From a virus (lineage: Duplodnaviria; Caudoviricetes): 40,625 nt of DNA. The notes beneath the pieces were generated by a model that was not told where the DNA came from, did not search any database, and saw nothing but the letters and a program-made list of their open reading frames with translations. Below are positions 8,927 to 18,465 of the stretch, piece by piece. The position numbers were made by a program, and so were the translations under genes. The stretch's first letter is position 1. Each line of letters begins with the position of its first letter. The DNA lies in IMG/VR virus record IMGVR_UViG_3300033508_000485, positions 1 through 40,625 of that record; one strand, given 5' to 3'.

Positions 8927-9822
8927 ATAGTTTCTCCTTTTTCAATCTTTCTACTATATCTTCAAAATAATTAATTCTAATTATACGAATATTATTTTTT
9001 GTACAATACTTATTCTTTATTAAATCATTATTTTTTTATATATTCCAATATTTTATCTCCTCCAAAATACTCTACACTCTTAAAGTGCTGCATTCCATCA
9101 TATTCGACACATATATTTAAATCTGATAAGTAAAAATCAAATGGTAGAAGATTTTTGTTTCTGCAATCATCAAATGTTTTTTGTCTTTCGAATTTTATAT
9201 TATTTTTAAATAATATCTCACTTATTATCTTTTCGCCATGACTTTCGCCACAGTGTGGGCATCCATTTTTGAAATTTATATGATTATTTGGTATTTGTTT
9301 AAATTCTCCATGTTCTGGACAAGTTATAATAACTTTTTTAAGTGCTCCAATATAAATTGTTTTAGAATAATCATATTTACTTTTATGAACTTGTTTGGCT
9401 CTTTCAATAAAAATATTTGTATCTAATCTCATAATATTAGAATGACGTTCAGATGAACACTTCTTACAAATTTGTCCAAATAAATGACTTCCTGGAACTT
9501 GTTCAAATACACCATGTTTTGGACATATAATTTTTACCTTAGTATATGAATTCTTATATTCAATAAGAGAATAATCATATTTATTATTGTGTACCAACTT
9601 TGCCTTTTCAACAAAAATTTCTGTACTAAGAGCTTTAGCCTCATCGGAACACTTTGGACAACCCTGCTTACAATTTATGAATTTACTATAAACCTTTTCG
9701 AATTTACCATGTTTTTCACATATAATATAAAATCTGGACCTCGATGTTATATTGGTAGGAACAAGAGAATAGTCGTATATATTACCATAAATATTTTTAG
9801 CTCTTTCTAAAAAATCATTCAT
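8919..9822 (-). pseudogene. Homing-endonuclease-like gene (repeated YDYS...CPxHG...GCPxC Zn modules + PD-(D/E)xK/Vsr-like domain) with frameshift at A7 tract
   Basis: ORF 9028-9822 stops after GGDKILEYIKK; the +1 frame continues NNDLIKNKYCTKNNIRIIRINYFEDI...*, matching the C-terminus of paralog 11023-12111. Confidence 0.75.
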
Positions 9823-9841
9823 ACATTTATCTTTGTATGAA
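9818..9841 (-). promoter_or_regulatory. 8-bp hairpin masking the endonuclease ATG, AAGATAAA loop
   Basis: Minus strand: TTCATACA-AAGATAAA-TGTATGAA; ATG 9822 is in the 3' arm. Confidence 0.65.
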
Positions 9842-9861
9842 AGTTCAAAATTTACACTTTT

Positions 9862-10278
9862 TTATTTGTATTTCCTCATATTTTCTAGAGAGCCGCTTAT
9901 ATAACTATTTGCTCTTGGCCATCCTTTAGTAAATATAAGCTTGAGATATATTTCACACCACTCTGGTTTTTTCCATGCAGCGTACTTGGCAAATAAAACT
10001 ATTCCTTCGGTAAAACCTTCATCGCTAACTGCCCATACGTTGACATAATTTTTACCAGTTGTTGGGTTAATATACCATGGGTCAGCACCATTCTGTATAA
10101 GAAATTCTACCATATCCCAATTATAAGACTCAACAGAAATAATTAGAGGTTTATCCTGATAATATCCACCACCAGCATTAATATCAGCACCAGCTTCAAG
10201 AGCGTCTAATATCTTTTTCTTTTTTATTTCATCACTATCTCTAGAAGAAATAATATTATAAATTACAGGTTCACTCAT
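9862..10278 (-). CDS. Ankyrin-repeat-like protein
   Basis: LEAGADINA...KPLIISV...MVEFLIQNGADP. Confidence 0.7.
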   Translation of the reverse strand: MSEPVIYNIISSRDSDEIKKKKILDALEAGADINAGGGYYQDKPLIISVESYNWDMVEFLIQNGADPWYINPTTGKNYVNVWAVSDEGFTEGIVLFAKYAAWKKPEWCEIYLKLIFTKGWPRANSYISGSLENMRKYK

Positions 10279-10299
10279 AGTTTAATACCATATACACTT

Positions 10300-10725
10300 T
10301 TAATCAATTGGTTCCTCCGGACCCCGAGGGGTTATATTCCACCAATGACCACTTAAATCACGGGCAACAATTTCACCAGCAACATTATCAAACTTATCAA
10401 ATTTTTTACTTCTGTTTAAGGAACGACCATACTCATCAAAAAATATAATATCATCATCTTCAATATCTGAAATATTTGATATCTGTAAAACATCTTCCTT
10501 CGGTGCTTTATTGGGTTGCCAATAAGCTTCACCAATTTGCCACCCAACATAAAGAATATTATATTGCTCATCGAATACTATACTAAACTCTCTAACATTA
10601 CTGTATAATTGAGAATCATATACTAAACACATAGTATGACTTGTCCAATCATTTGGACCCCAATATTCGAGAGTATGAGCTATAACTTCTCTTTTAATAA
10701 TCTCTAATTTATCTTTTGATATCAT
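10300..10725 (-). CDS. Hypothetical protein
   Basis: 141-aa ORF; AAGATAA at 10764-10770 upstream. Confidence 0.65.
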   Translation of the reverse strand: MISKDKLEIIKREVIAHTLEYWGPNDWTSHTMCLVYDSQLYSNVREFSIVFDEQYNILYVGWQIGEAYWQPNKAPKEDVLQISNISDIEDDDIIFFDEYGRSLNRSKKFDKFDNVAGEIVARDLSGHWWNITPRGPEEPID

Positions 10726-10780
10726 AATTTATTTATATAGTAGATAATACAATATTCCTGATATTATCTTTATTGAAAAT

Positions 10781-10807
10781 AAAAAAAGCAGTCATTTACG
10801 ACTGCTT
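10781..10807 (-). terminator. Intrinsic terminator
   Basis: AAGCAGTC-N6-GACTGCTT stem followed by T-tract on the minus strand. Confidence 0.65.
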
Positions 10808-11008
10808 CTTAATGAAGTATAATTTCCAATCTATTAATTTGTGCATCCATGTTAGTTTTAGCATACAAGCAAAATAATGGAGCATTTCGTGCGGCAAATA
10901 TTTCCACATTGTTAAATATATAGTATTACTGTAAGGATGATATGCAGCTTTATCCGACTCAATAATCCACTGAGGAAGTTGTCTACACTTTACTATTCTT
11001 AATTTCAT
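10796..11008 (-). CDS. Small protein with HExxH zincin-like motif
   Basis: AAYHPYSNTIYL...LPHEMLHY. Confidence 0.5.
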   Translation of the reverse strand: MKLRIVKCRQLPQWIIESDKAAYHPYSNTIYLTMWKYLPHEMLHYFACMLKLTWMHKLIDWKLYFIKKQS

Positions 11009-11022
11009 ATATTTAAATAAGC

Positions 11023-12111
11023 TTAATCGAATAATTTAGTCAATCTTTTTTCTATATTTTCTGTATAGTTTATTCTCACAAGAGGTATATTATTCTTCAA
11101 ACAATATTCCGTCTTCAATTTATCCTTCAATTGTATCAAATCAAATTCTTCTTTTGTATGAAAAAAATCATTCCAAACAAAATGCTGCTCACCATCATAT
11201 TCAATTGCTATATTCGTTTCGGGTAGATAGAAATCAAATGGTAAGACATTCTTATATTTACAATCTGCCCATCTCTTCTGTCTCTTATAACTAACATCAT
11301 GTTCATCCAACCATTTGGCTATTTCCTTTTCACCCTTACTTTCATTACATGACGGACATCCACTTCCCATATTAATATGAATACGTGGTGATGTTAGAAA
11401 TTCACCGTGATAAGGACAAATAACTATAGATTTTTTATCAGCCCCACGATATTCAAATTTACTGTAATCGTACTTGCCGTTATGCTTTACACGAGCTCTC
11501 TCAACAGCTTCTTCGGTAGTCCAAGGTGCAATACCAGCACATTTAGCACAACCTTTACCCTGGAGATGATTGTTGGCATATTGTTCAAACTCACCATGTT
11601 CTTGACAGATAATTATAGATTTTGTTTCGCCACTTTCATAAATAAATTTAGAATAATTATATTTATTATTGTGTTTTTTATTAGCTTTTTCTATAAACTG
11701 ATCTTGGGTTAATGCTAGTTTTTCGGCATTTATTATCGAGGCGCACCTTCTACATCCTCTCTTATGAAGAAGATGTTTAGAGGGTGTTTGAGTAAACTCG
11801 CCATGTTCTGGACAGATAATTATTAAACGATCATCTGCTCCAGAATAATTAGATTTTGAATAATCATATTTATCTCCATGTATCTCCCGTGCTCGTTCGA
11901 TGAATCTACCTATACCTTGATTTTTATTATGTTTATTACATTCTTTACAGCCAGAACCAAGAAGATGATATCTGGATTTTTGTAAAAATTCACCGTGAAT
12001 TGGACATATAATTTTTATACAACTATCAGATGATTTGTATTTTGATAAAGAATAATCATATCTATTGTTATGTATTCTATTTGCTCTTTCTATAAATTGT
12101 TTTGTATCCAT
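11023..12111 (-). CDS. Homing-endonuclease-like protein (four Zn-module repeats + PD-(D/E)xK/Vsr-like nuclease)
   Basis: Four F.E.A...H..KYDYS...IICPxHGEF...GC..C repeats; SKGE...LPFDFYL...IEYDGEQH...D..K..YC..NNIPLVRI. Confidence 0.8.
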   Translation of the reverse strand: MDTKQFIERANRIHNNRYDYSLSKYKSSDSCIKIICPIHGEFLQKSRYHLLGSGCKECNKHNKNQGIGRFIERAREIHGDKYDYSKSNYSGADDRLIIICPEHGEFTQTPSKHLLHKRGCRRCASIINAEKLALTQDQFIEKANKKHNNKYNYSKFIYESGETKSIIICQEHGEFEQYANNHLQGKGCAKCAGIAPWTTEEAVERARVKHNGKYDYSKFEYRGADKKSIVICPYHGEFLTSPRIHINMGSGCPSCNESKGEKEIAKWLDEHDVSYKRQKRWADCKYKNVLPFDFYLPETNIAIEYDGEQHFVWNDFFHTKEEFDLIQLKDKLKTEYCLKNNIPLVRINYTENIEKRLTKLFD

Positions 12112-12136
12112 ATATTTAAATATGCTTTGGATAAAT

Positions 12137-12164
12137 AAAAAAGCAGCATTTCTGCTGCTTTTTT
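12137..12164. terminator. Intrinsic terminator after tail tube gene
   Basis: A6-GCAGCA-TTTC-TGCTGC-T6. Confidence 0.8.
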
Positions 12165-12222
12165 GTAAAAATATATTAAGTACGGCGGTGTATGTTGAGC
12201 TATTCCGCCGCTACAACTATCA

Positions 12223-12768
12223 TCATTGCGGTATGCCCCCATTTCCCGAATCTGACTGGAGCACTCCATAGTCAAATCTTAAAGAAACTTCAACCTGTAG
12301 AGCTTCAGTTCCTTCATAAGATAAGTCCTGCCAGTTTATTGATTCTGGGAAGCAACCGAAGAGGTCCCATATTTCAATAATCTTACCGTCAGGTCCAAGC
12401 ATTACAAGAGTAGCATTTGTCTTATAGACAATAGCATAACCTTGACCACCCGTAAGTGGATTATAAATTGCTGTAAACCAGTGATAAAGAATTTGTGATG
12501 CAGAATTTGTTCCCTTATCATAATCGTAAAACACACAAGACATAGGTTCCCAAGTAGGTTTTGAAGCAAAGTAGAACTTTTCGTTCAATCTGCTCATTTC
12601 AATAGGTTCTACCGAAACCGAAGGTCTTGATGCCGATAAGATGTCAATGGCGAGTGCTTCAGTAGCAGGACCGCCTTTATTTGGTACACGATCAAATTTT
12701 AAAATCCATCTATTCTTTCTTTTTGGTTCTCTAAAACTGTGCTCAGCCGAGCTAAGAACAATAGCCAT
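12223..12768 (-). CDS. Tail tube protein (T4 gp19-like)
   Basis: EPKRKNRWIL...SASRPS...KPTWEP...YDY...W...YK...L.MLGPDG..IE.W.L.GCFP..I.W.DLSY...V.LRFDY. Confidence 0.88.
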   Translation of the reverse strand: MAIVLSSAEHSFREPKRKNRWILKFDRVPNKGGPATEALAIDILSASRPSVSVEPIEMSRLNEKFYFASKPTWEPMSCVFYDYDKGTNSASQILYHWFTAIYNPLTGGQGYAIVYKTNATLVMLGPDGKIIEIWDLFGCFPESINWQDLSYEGTEALQVEVSLRFDYGVLQSDSGNGGIPQ

Positions 12769-12952
12769 GTTTATTTACCTCCAACAACTGTTGTTTTTTT
12801 AATGAAGAATTGTATTCATCCCAATACTATCCACACAATTATCTTTAACAATATGTTTGAAAAGCATTAATTTTATTTGCTTTTCAATTCATAATTATCT
12901 TTTATAGAATAATGTTTTGTTGCGTATTTTCAAAAGATAATTATATATACAA

Positions 12953-13501
12953 TTGGAGTTAATCTTGATTTTAGAACAATTTATCTTTACAGCTGTCTTA
13001 GTCTTCTTTTTGAAAATAGGTATTGACATACTTGGCTATTTTAAAAATGATGCATTCAACAAGGGTAATAAAATATACTTCATTCTCACAAACCTAACGG
13101 AGGCACTATATTGGGTTTTGCTCTATAAGACCATAATTGAGGCTATTAATAAGGATTGGATATTCCTCATAATATTCGGTGTTGGAGCCATCTTGTCAGC
13201 ATTCTTACAAACCCACTTCAAGATGAAATTGGATGATAAAATTCATGGACAGAGAAAGTTTTTTGCTCGTATAACTATTGTTGATGATAACAGGGTAGAT
13301 GAAATAGTTGATGCTCTATCTGAACATAGATTTGAGTTGGCAATAACAAAAAACCAGGTTTATACAACAGGCAGAATGCACACGGTTATAACTGGTTCCT
13401 TAGAAGATAGGAAGAGAATGAATGAGTTGAAGGATGTATTAAGAAATAAAACTGGCTTCCATGTTGTTATTATGAGAGCCGAAGATATATTTATGTTTTA
13501 A
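12953..13501 (+). CDS. Membrane protein, DUF5698/DUF2179 (UPF0316)-like
   Basis: Three hydrophobic segments (KIGIDILG...KGNK...EALYW) plus a soluble C-terminal domain; TTG start. Confidence 0.55.
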   Translation: MELILILEQFIFTAVLVFFLKIGIDILGYFKNDAFNKGNKIYFILTNLTEALYWVLLYKTIIEAINKDWIFLIIFGVGAILSAFLQTHFKMKLDDKIHGQRKFFARITIVDDNRVDEIVDALSEHRFELAITKNQVYTTGRMHTVITGSLEDRKRMNELKDVLRNKTGFHVVIMRAEDIFMF

Positions 13502-14898
13502 CCGACAGAACCTTCCATTTCCAATTCAATAAGGCGGTTTAGTTCAACTGCATATTCCATAGGAAGTTGTTTAACCAGAGGGTCGATAAAACCATTGACA
13601 ATCATCATACTAGCCTCTGCTTCATCTATACCACGGCTCATCAAATATAGTAACTGGTCCTCGCTAATTTTTGAAACTGAAGCTTCATGTTCCATACTGG
13701 CATCGTCTGATTGTATGTCCATAACTGGATAAGTATTTGTTTTTGATTCTGGGTCCAGGAGAAGGGCATCACACTCAACCTTAGAGCGGATATTTCTCAA
13801 ACCAGCGGTTGCCTTAATCATTCCTCTATAGGAGGATATACCACCAGCCCTTGATATTGATTTGGCGGTAACAACACTTGATGTATCATCTGCAAAGTGC
13901 ATAATCTTTGTTCCTGTATCTTGCTCCTGTCCTTTGTTTGCAAAGGCAATGGACATAACTTCACCATGAGCACCCTTACCCATAAGGAAGATGGCTGGGT
14001 ATTTCATTGTTACCTTTGAGCCAATATTACCATCAACCCACTCAACAGTTGCTCTCTCATAAGCAAACGCTCTCTTTGTAACAAGATTATACATGTTGTT
14101 TGACCAGTTTTGGATGGTTGAGTACCTAACTCTAGAACCTGGAAGTGCAACAATTTCGACAACGGCTGTGTGTAAACTATCCTTTGTGAAGACCGGCGCC
14201 GTGCATCCTTCAATGTAGTGGACAAATGCCCCTTCATCAACAACTATAAGTGTCCTTTCAAATTGACCAAAACTTTTAGTATTAACGCGGAAGTAAGCCT
14301 GGAGTGGGATGTCGACATGTACTCCTTTAGGGATGTAGATGAATGAACCACCAGACCAAACAGCTGTATTGAGCGCAGCAAACTTGTTATCTGTATGTGG
14401 TATAACGGTTCCAAAATATTGCTTGATAATATCTGGATGATTGATAATAGCATCTTCTGGTGAGGAGAAGATGACGCCCTTGTCGGTTAATTCTTTCTGT
14501 AGGTTATGATAAACCATTTCACTATCATACTGTGCACCAACACCAGCTAAGAATTTCTTCTCAGCTTCTGGGATGCCAAGTTTATCATATGTATTTTTAA
14601 TATCTTCAGGAACATCATCCCACGAAGTTGCATTTTCAGTTGATGCAGAAGCATAATAATAAATGTCATTGAAATCTACACTATCAAGATTTGCACCCCA
14701 CACTGGCATGGGCATTTTATAAAAAGTTTCCAAGGCTTTAAGTCTATAAGCCAACATCCAAGAAGGTTCATTCTTTGTGGCACTTATTTGTCTTACAGTG
14801 TTTTCACTTAAACCTTTTTCAGATTTTATGAGTGATTTTTCTGGAGTAGAAAAACCATATTTATAACCATCACTAAATCCATCCAATTCTTTTGACAT
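13498..14898 (-). CDS. sufB: Fe-S cluster assembly scaffold SufB
   Basis: GVGAQYDSE, DNKFAALNTAVWSGGSF, GQFERTLI, YIEGCTAP, YSTIQNWS, TMKYP, ECDALL, EHEASVSKI, EMEGSVG; likely start 14898 (SD AAGGGG). Confidence 0.97.
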   Translation of the reverse strand: MSKELDGFSDGYKYGFSTPEKSLIKSEKGLSENTVRQISATKNEPSWMLAYRLKALETFYKMPMPVWGANLDSVDFNDIYYYASASTENATSWDDVPEDIKNTYDKLGIPEAEKKFLAGVGAQYDSEMVYHNLQKELTDKGVIFSSPEDAIINHPDIIKQYFGTVIPHTDNKFAALNTAVWSGGSFIYIPKGVHVDIPLQAYFRVNTKSFGQFERTLIVVDEGAFVHYIEGCTAPVFTKDSLHTAVVEIVALPGSRVRYSTIQNWSNNMYNLVTKRAFAYERATVEWVDGNIGSKVTMKYPAIFLMGKGAHGEVMSIAFANKGQEQDTGTKIMHFADDTSSVVTAKSISRAGGISSYRGMIKATAGLRNIRSKVECDALLLDPESKTNTYPVMDIQSDDASMEHEASVSKISEDQLLYLMSRGIDEAEASMMIVNGFIDPLVKQLPMEYAVELNRLIELEMEGSVG

Positions 14899-14946
14899 AG
14901 TTACCCCCTTATACATTACTGTATATGTAGACTATATAACTATGCT

Positions 14947-15216
14947 TTATCTTTCTTGGTAGTAGGTTGCTGTATTGATAAGTGCAGCTCTTACACTCTT
15001 GAGGTCATCACTACTATTTTTTACAAATGTAGCTACATCTCTAGAAAGGATGTCTTTAGGATATTGAAGAAAGAGTGGATCACTCTCAAGAATTTTGGTA
15101 ATACTTTCTACAAGTTTATTCTTTTCTATAGAAGATAATTCTTCTTTTTTTACTCTACCATCACCAGTTGACTTTTCATTCTTATTCATTTCTAATTGAT
15201 TTAACACATATCTCAT
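14947..15216 (-). CDS. Hypothetical protein
   Basis: 89 aa, SD AGGGG. Confidence 0.65.
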   Translation of the reverse strand: MRYVLNQLEMNKNEKSTGDGRVKKEELSSIEKNKLVESITKILESDPLFLQYPKDILSRDVATFVKNSSDDLKSVRAALINTATYYQER

Positions 15217-15249
15217 TTTTATTCCCCTAATATATCTTTCTTCTATAAT

Positions 15250-15513
15250 TTAATATGTCACGGTAAATACTTCACTAATTGCCAGTTTGAAAAATTTGTA
15301 CATACTCTCTGGAACACCATTGGTAGCATCCCACCATCCTCTGTTGTCCCAGCCCGATTGGCGAAGACTTTCTTGGGCTCTTATCCCATTACGATTTATT
15401 AATCTATAACACATAAAACCTTCAGCATCCCTATAGATAATATATATCTCACCAAGTTCAGGTTCAGATAGGATGAGAGGTAAGGATTGTTTTTTTACTT
15501 CTTCATATGTCAT
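15250..15513 (-). CDS. Small hypothetical protein, IxxxF-tail family
   Basis: ATGA overlap; C-terminus KLAISEVF. Confidence 0.65.
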   Translation of the reverse strand: MTYEEVKKQSLPLILSEPELGEIYIIYRDAEGFMCYRLINRNGIRAQESLRQSGWDNRGWWDATNGVPESMYKFFKLAISEVFTVTY

Positions 15514-15791
15514 AACTCTCTCCTAAACATATCTTCTGCATTAAATAGATTAATTATATTTTGTCTCAAAACATGTTTTGAAAAATTAGAGTCTAACTCT
15601 TCGTAAGTTGCGTCAAAATCTGTAAAATCCCATTCTCTAGGATCTAAAAGTTTTGCAGAAGAGACTTTTTCTATACCAAAAGTGATATAATACATCCAGC
15701 CATTTCTCTTGTAAACATAGTAGACTTCGTCTTGAGAAGAATCAAATGTAATAAACGGCCCAGACCTTGAGGAAGCCTCTCCATATGTCAT
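15510..15791 (-). CDS. Small hypothetical protein, IxxxF-tail family
   Basis: Resembles 15250-15513 (MTYxE); RQNIINLF. Confidence 0.65.
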   Translation of the reverse strand: MTYGEASSRSGPFITFDSSQDEVYYVYKRNGWMYYITFGIEKVSSAKLLDPREWDFTDFDATYEELDSNFSKHVLRQNIINLFNAEDMFRREL

Positions 15792-16153
15792 AATTTTGGT
15801 TCCACACCTTCAAACGTAAACTTCATTATAGCTTTAAATATTCTATGACTCTTCTCTGCTTCATTTATTAATAGAGTTATTTCTTCTTTTATTCTAGAAC
15901 TTAATTCTTTTGATTTTATCATACTCTCTTTCTTTGTTATTTTCAATTTACCAATAGGTATTTGAATTGATGGCTTGTACTCATTATCTGAAAAAGTAGT
16001 AAATATAAAAAATATATGTACTAGATACATACCATCTTTTGTTGGCTTTGGTGATACAAATGCCCTGATGGGGCCAGGACTTTTTTCTACGAACTTAAAC
16101 GAATCACTTTTCAATTCAAAATATTCAGAATAATGATGTTTTATTTCGTTCAT
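15788..16153 (-). CDS. Small hypothetical protein, paralog of 16150-16470
   Basis: KSDSFKF...AEKSHRIFKAIMKFTF. Confidence 0.65.
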   Translation of the reverse strand: MNEIKHHYSEYFELKSDSFKFVEKSPGPIRAFVSPKPTKDGMYLVHIFFIFTTFSDNEYKPSIQIPIGKLKITKKESMIKSKELSSRIKEEITLLINEAEKSHRIFKAIMKFTFEGVEPKL

Positions 16154-16470
16154 TTGAAAGTCCTATCTAAAACTTGTTTAAAGAGAGTATGACTCTTTTC
16201 CGCACTATAAATACAACTAAATACATCTTCTTTAAACTTTGTATCTGTGGGGTATCTTTCATCAGAAAAAATTATACCAGCTTTAACTCTTATTGCTTCG
16301 CCGGTTGTCAAATCATAATACACAGTATATATATTGAATATATACTTCCCAATTATATTTCTCTTACGAGTTGAGTCAATATAAAAAACACCGCGGTCTT
16401 CCTCAAAGAATTTAAGAGTATCAGATTTGAAACTTATAAATGAATTAGAGAATTCATCAATTGTAATCAT
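16150..16470 (-). CDS. Small hypothetical protein, paralog of 15788-16153
   Basis: KSDTLKF...AEKSHTLFKQVLDRTF. Confidence 0.65.
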   Translation of the reverse strand: MITIDEFSNSFISFKSDTLKFFEEDRGVFYIDSTRKRNIIGKYIFNIYTVYYDLTTGEAIRVKAGIIFSDERYPTDTKFKEDVFSCIYSAEKSHTLFKQVLDRTFK

Positions 16471-17051
16471 TCCACAACCTTATAATCAATCTTCAGATCA
16501 TCCAATATTTTCTTTGCCTTAACCCAATGCTGTTTATACATTTCAAACAGCGCATATCTTGAAGACCTGGCCTTAACTCTTATATAGATGGAATCTGGTC
16601 TTACTTTTTCTTTATTCCAAGAGTATTGTTTATACCATTCTATTTTTGCAGGTATATCTGATATTCTACTAATTTGGGTTGTTATCTGCTCACCATAAAC
16701 ATCTTTAGTGGCAACGTATTTTAACTTAGGAAAGACTTCTATCATGAGAGGGAAAAACCAACTCTCTTTAGCCCTCATTGCACTCTCTAAATCTTCATCC
16801 TTATATTGCTTACTTGTCAGCCATAGGACAGTATAATCAAATTGACCGCTTTTGTAGAAGAGATGCGATCGTGCGTATTTACCGCACACCAACTCAACAA
16901 CATCACCTGGGTCTTTATCTTTTTTGTAATCTCCAATAATTCCGTACCGAGAGAGATTGAGGAGGATGGAGAATGATCCATTGTTTCTATCTTTATAATT
17001 GAGCATATACTCTAAACCACCACCAAATATAAAGTCAAATGCTTCTTTCAA
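16467..17051 (-). CDS. Hypothetical protein
   Basis: 194-aa ORF coupled at both ends. Confidence 0.65.
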   Translation of the reverse strand: MKEAFDFIFGGGLEYMLNYKDRNNGSFSILLNLSRYGIIGDYKKDKDPGDVVELVCGKYARSHLFYKSGQFDYTVLWLTSKQYKDEDLESAMRAKESWFFPLMIEVFPKLKYVATKDVYGEQITTQISRISDIPAKIEWYKQYSWNKEKVRPDSIYIRVKARSSRYALFEMYKQHWVKAKKILDDLKIDYKVVE

Positions 17052-17377
17052 AATTTAAACTCCTTTATACTTTCACCCTCTTTGGATACTTCTGCAAACC
17101 AAACCTTACCGGTTGAATCACACATTATTTCTAAATCCTCTATATCATCATCTTTAATATTAATTAATTTGAAAAGGATTTTTATCTGTCTATCAATTAT
17201 AAAATATTCTACAGTATTTGATAGTGATGTTTCATATCCTAATTCATTTTGTATACTATCAATAATAAAATCTTCTAAAGAGAAATAAGCCCTCAACTCC
17301 CATCTTCTATCACCTATAGGTTTTAATGAGAAGGCAAACTCTATCAACTCTTGTGCTAAGTCAATCATTCTGCCCAC
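17048..17377 (-). CDS. Hypothetical protein
   Basis: 109-aa coupled ORF. Confidence 0.6.
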   Translation of the reverse strand: MGRMIDLAQELIEFAFSLKPIGDRRWELRAYFSLEDFIIDSIQNELGYETSLSNTVEYFIIDRQIKILFKLINIKDDDIEDLEIMCDSTGKVWFAEVSKEGESIKEFKF

Positions 17378-17646
17378 CTAATATTTTCTTTAAACAATTT
17401 ATCTATTGTCACCCTGTTTAATCTTTTACCATCATTTTCAACTTCAATTGGTGAAAATGCTAATCTTTTTGAATGATCAAATATTATCATTTCATCTTCT
17501 TCACCGCGATATATAACAACAGCAGAAACATTATAAAGAAGAGGATCATTACTAATATTTTTTGACACTGGACCTGAGTAGTCAAATACCATAACATAAT
17601 AGGTTGGAAAAGGACTGTTTTGATACCAAGTATTGATATATTTCAT
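17365..17646 (-). CDS. Small hypothetical protein, IxxxF-tail family
   Basis: AAGATAA-N4-ATG start; RVTIDKLF. Confidence 0.65.
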   Translation of the reverse strand: MKYINTWYQNSPFPTYYVMVFDYSGPVSKNISNDPLLYNVSAVVIYRGEEDEMIIFDHSKRLAFSPIEVENDGKRLNRVTIDKLFKENIRWAE

Positions 17647-17714
17647 ATATTTATCTTATGATTTAAGCATATTTGTTGCTACTAATAAGCATATTTTTAG
17701 AAGATAAGGAAACT

Positions 17715-18140
17715 ATGATAATAAACACAGTGGAAGATGTCTTCCAAGAAATACACAGACAATATCTCTCAAAATTTATACAATTTGATAAAGTGAATGG
17801 AAAAGATTGGGATGTTTTTAGAAAACATATTGAAACACACAAATACCTCCTCAATGAAAAATACAAGACAGAAATACCTCTATCAGCCGCATATGAATCT
17901 TGGGCGGAGTATGTTATGACTCCATTTATTTCAACAATTATAAAATATGATATTATGAGGTATACAGAATTAAATATTATAGATTTATTTAAAAAGATAA
18001 TGTTTGATTGGGATGAGTTGAAGAAAAAAATACCAAAAAATAAGAAAAATATTGGTGTTGCCGAAACAATGGAAAAATATTGTATTGAACTTAAGAAATT
18101 TCCAAAAACAAAGAAATTTATTTTGAAATATTTTAAATAA
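17715..18140 (+). CDS. DUF4032-like protein
   Basis: HIETHKYLLNE...EIPLSAAYESWAEYVMTP...DLF..I...W..LK pattern; ATG 17715 with SD AAGGA. Confidence 0.5.
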   Translation: MIINTVEDVFQEIHRQYLSKFIQFDKVNGKDWDVFRKHIETHKYLLNEKYKTEIPLSAAYESWAEYVMTPFISTIIKYDIMRYTELNIIDLFKKIMFDWDELKKKIPKNKKNIGVAETMEKYCIELKKFPKTKKFILKYFK

Positions 18141-18206
18141 TATTTTGGGATATCCACACCTTAGTATATAATATCTATATAAGCGCAAAGCGCTAAGGAG
18201 CAGAAC

Positions 18207-18398
18207 GTGAAACGAAGCAAGGAAGAGCGATTGGTAAGTCAGCAGAATGCCAAGGTTACCCAGGACATTATCAAGGGTAACACGGAGATTTACAAAAATC
18301 GTTTTAAGAATGGTGGCCATCGTCCCCAATTCAACCCCAATATCAAGGATATTGATGATGAGTTCATTGATATTATGGATGAGGTTTTTGCCGATTAA
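18207..18398 (+). CDS. Small hypothetical protein
   Basis: GTG start, SD AAGGAG, followed by terminator. Confidence 0.6.
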   Translation: MKRSKEERLVSQQNAKVTQDIIKGNTEIYKNRFKNGGHRPQFNPNIKDIDDEFIDIMDEVFAD

Positions 18399-18414
18399 TC
18401 TAAGTTAAGTTTAT

Positions 18415-18443
18415 AAAAAAGCTCCCGAAAGGGAGCTTTTTTT
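18415..18443 (+). terminator. Intrinsic terminator
   Basis: A6-GCTCCC-GAAA-GGGAGC-T7. Confidence 0.9.
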
Positions 18444-18465
18444 ATTATCTCCATAAGATAATCCT

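Noticed and set aside
8954-8962. AAGATATA as promoter for the RHH gene
   Set aside because: Imperfect match lying inside the frameshifted endonuclease coding tail; not counted.
17663-18329. Minus-strand ORFs 17663-18157 and 17985-18329
   Set aside because: Antisense to plus-strand genes that have SD sites, a family-like motif and a terminator.
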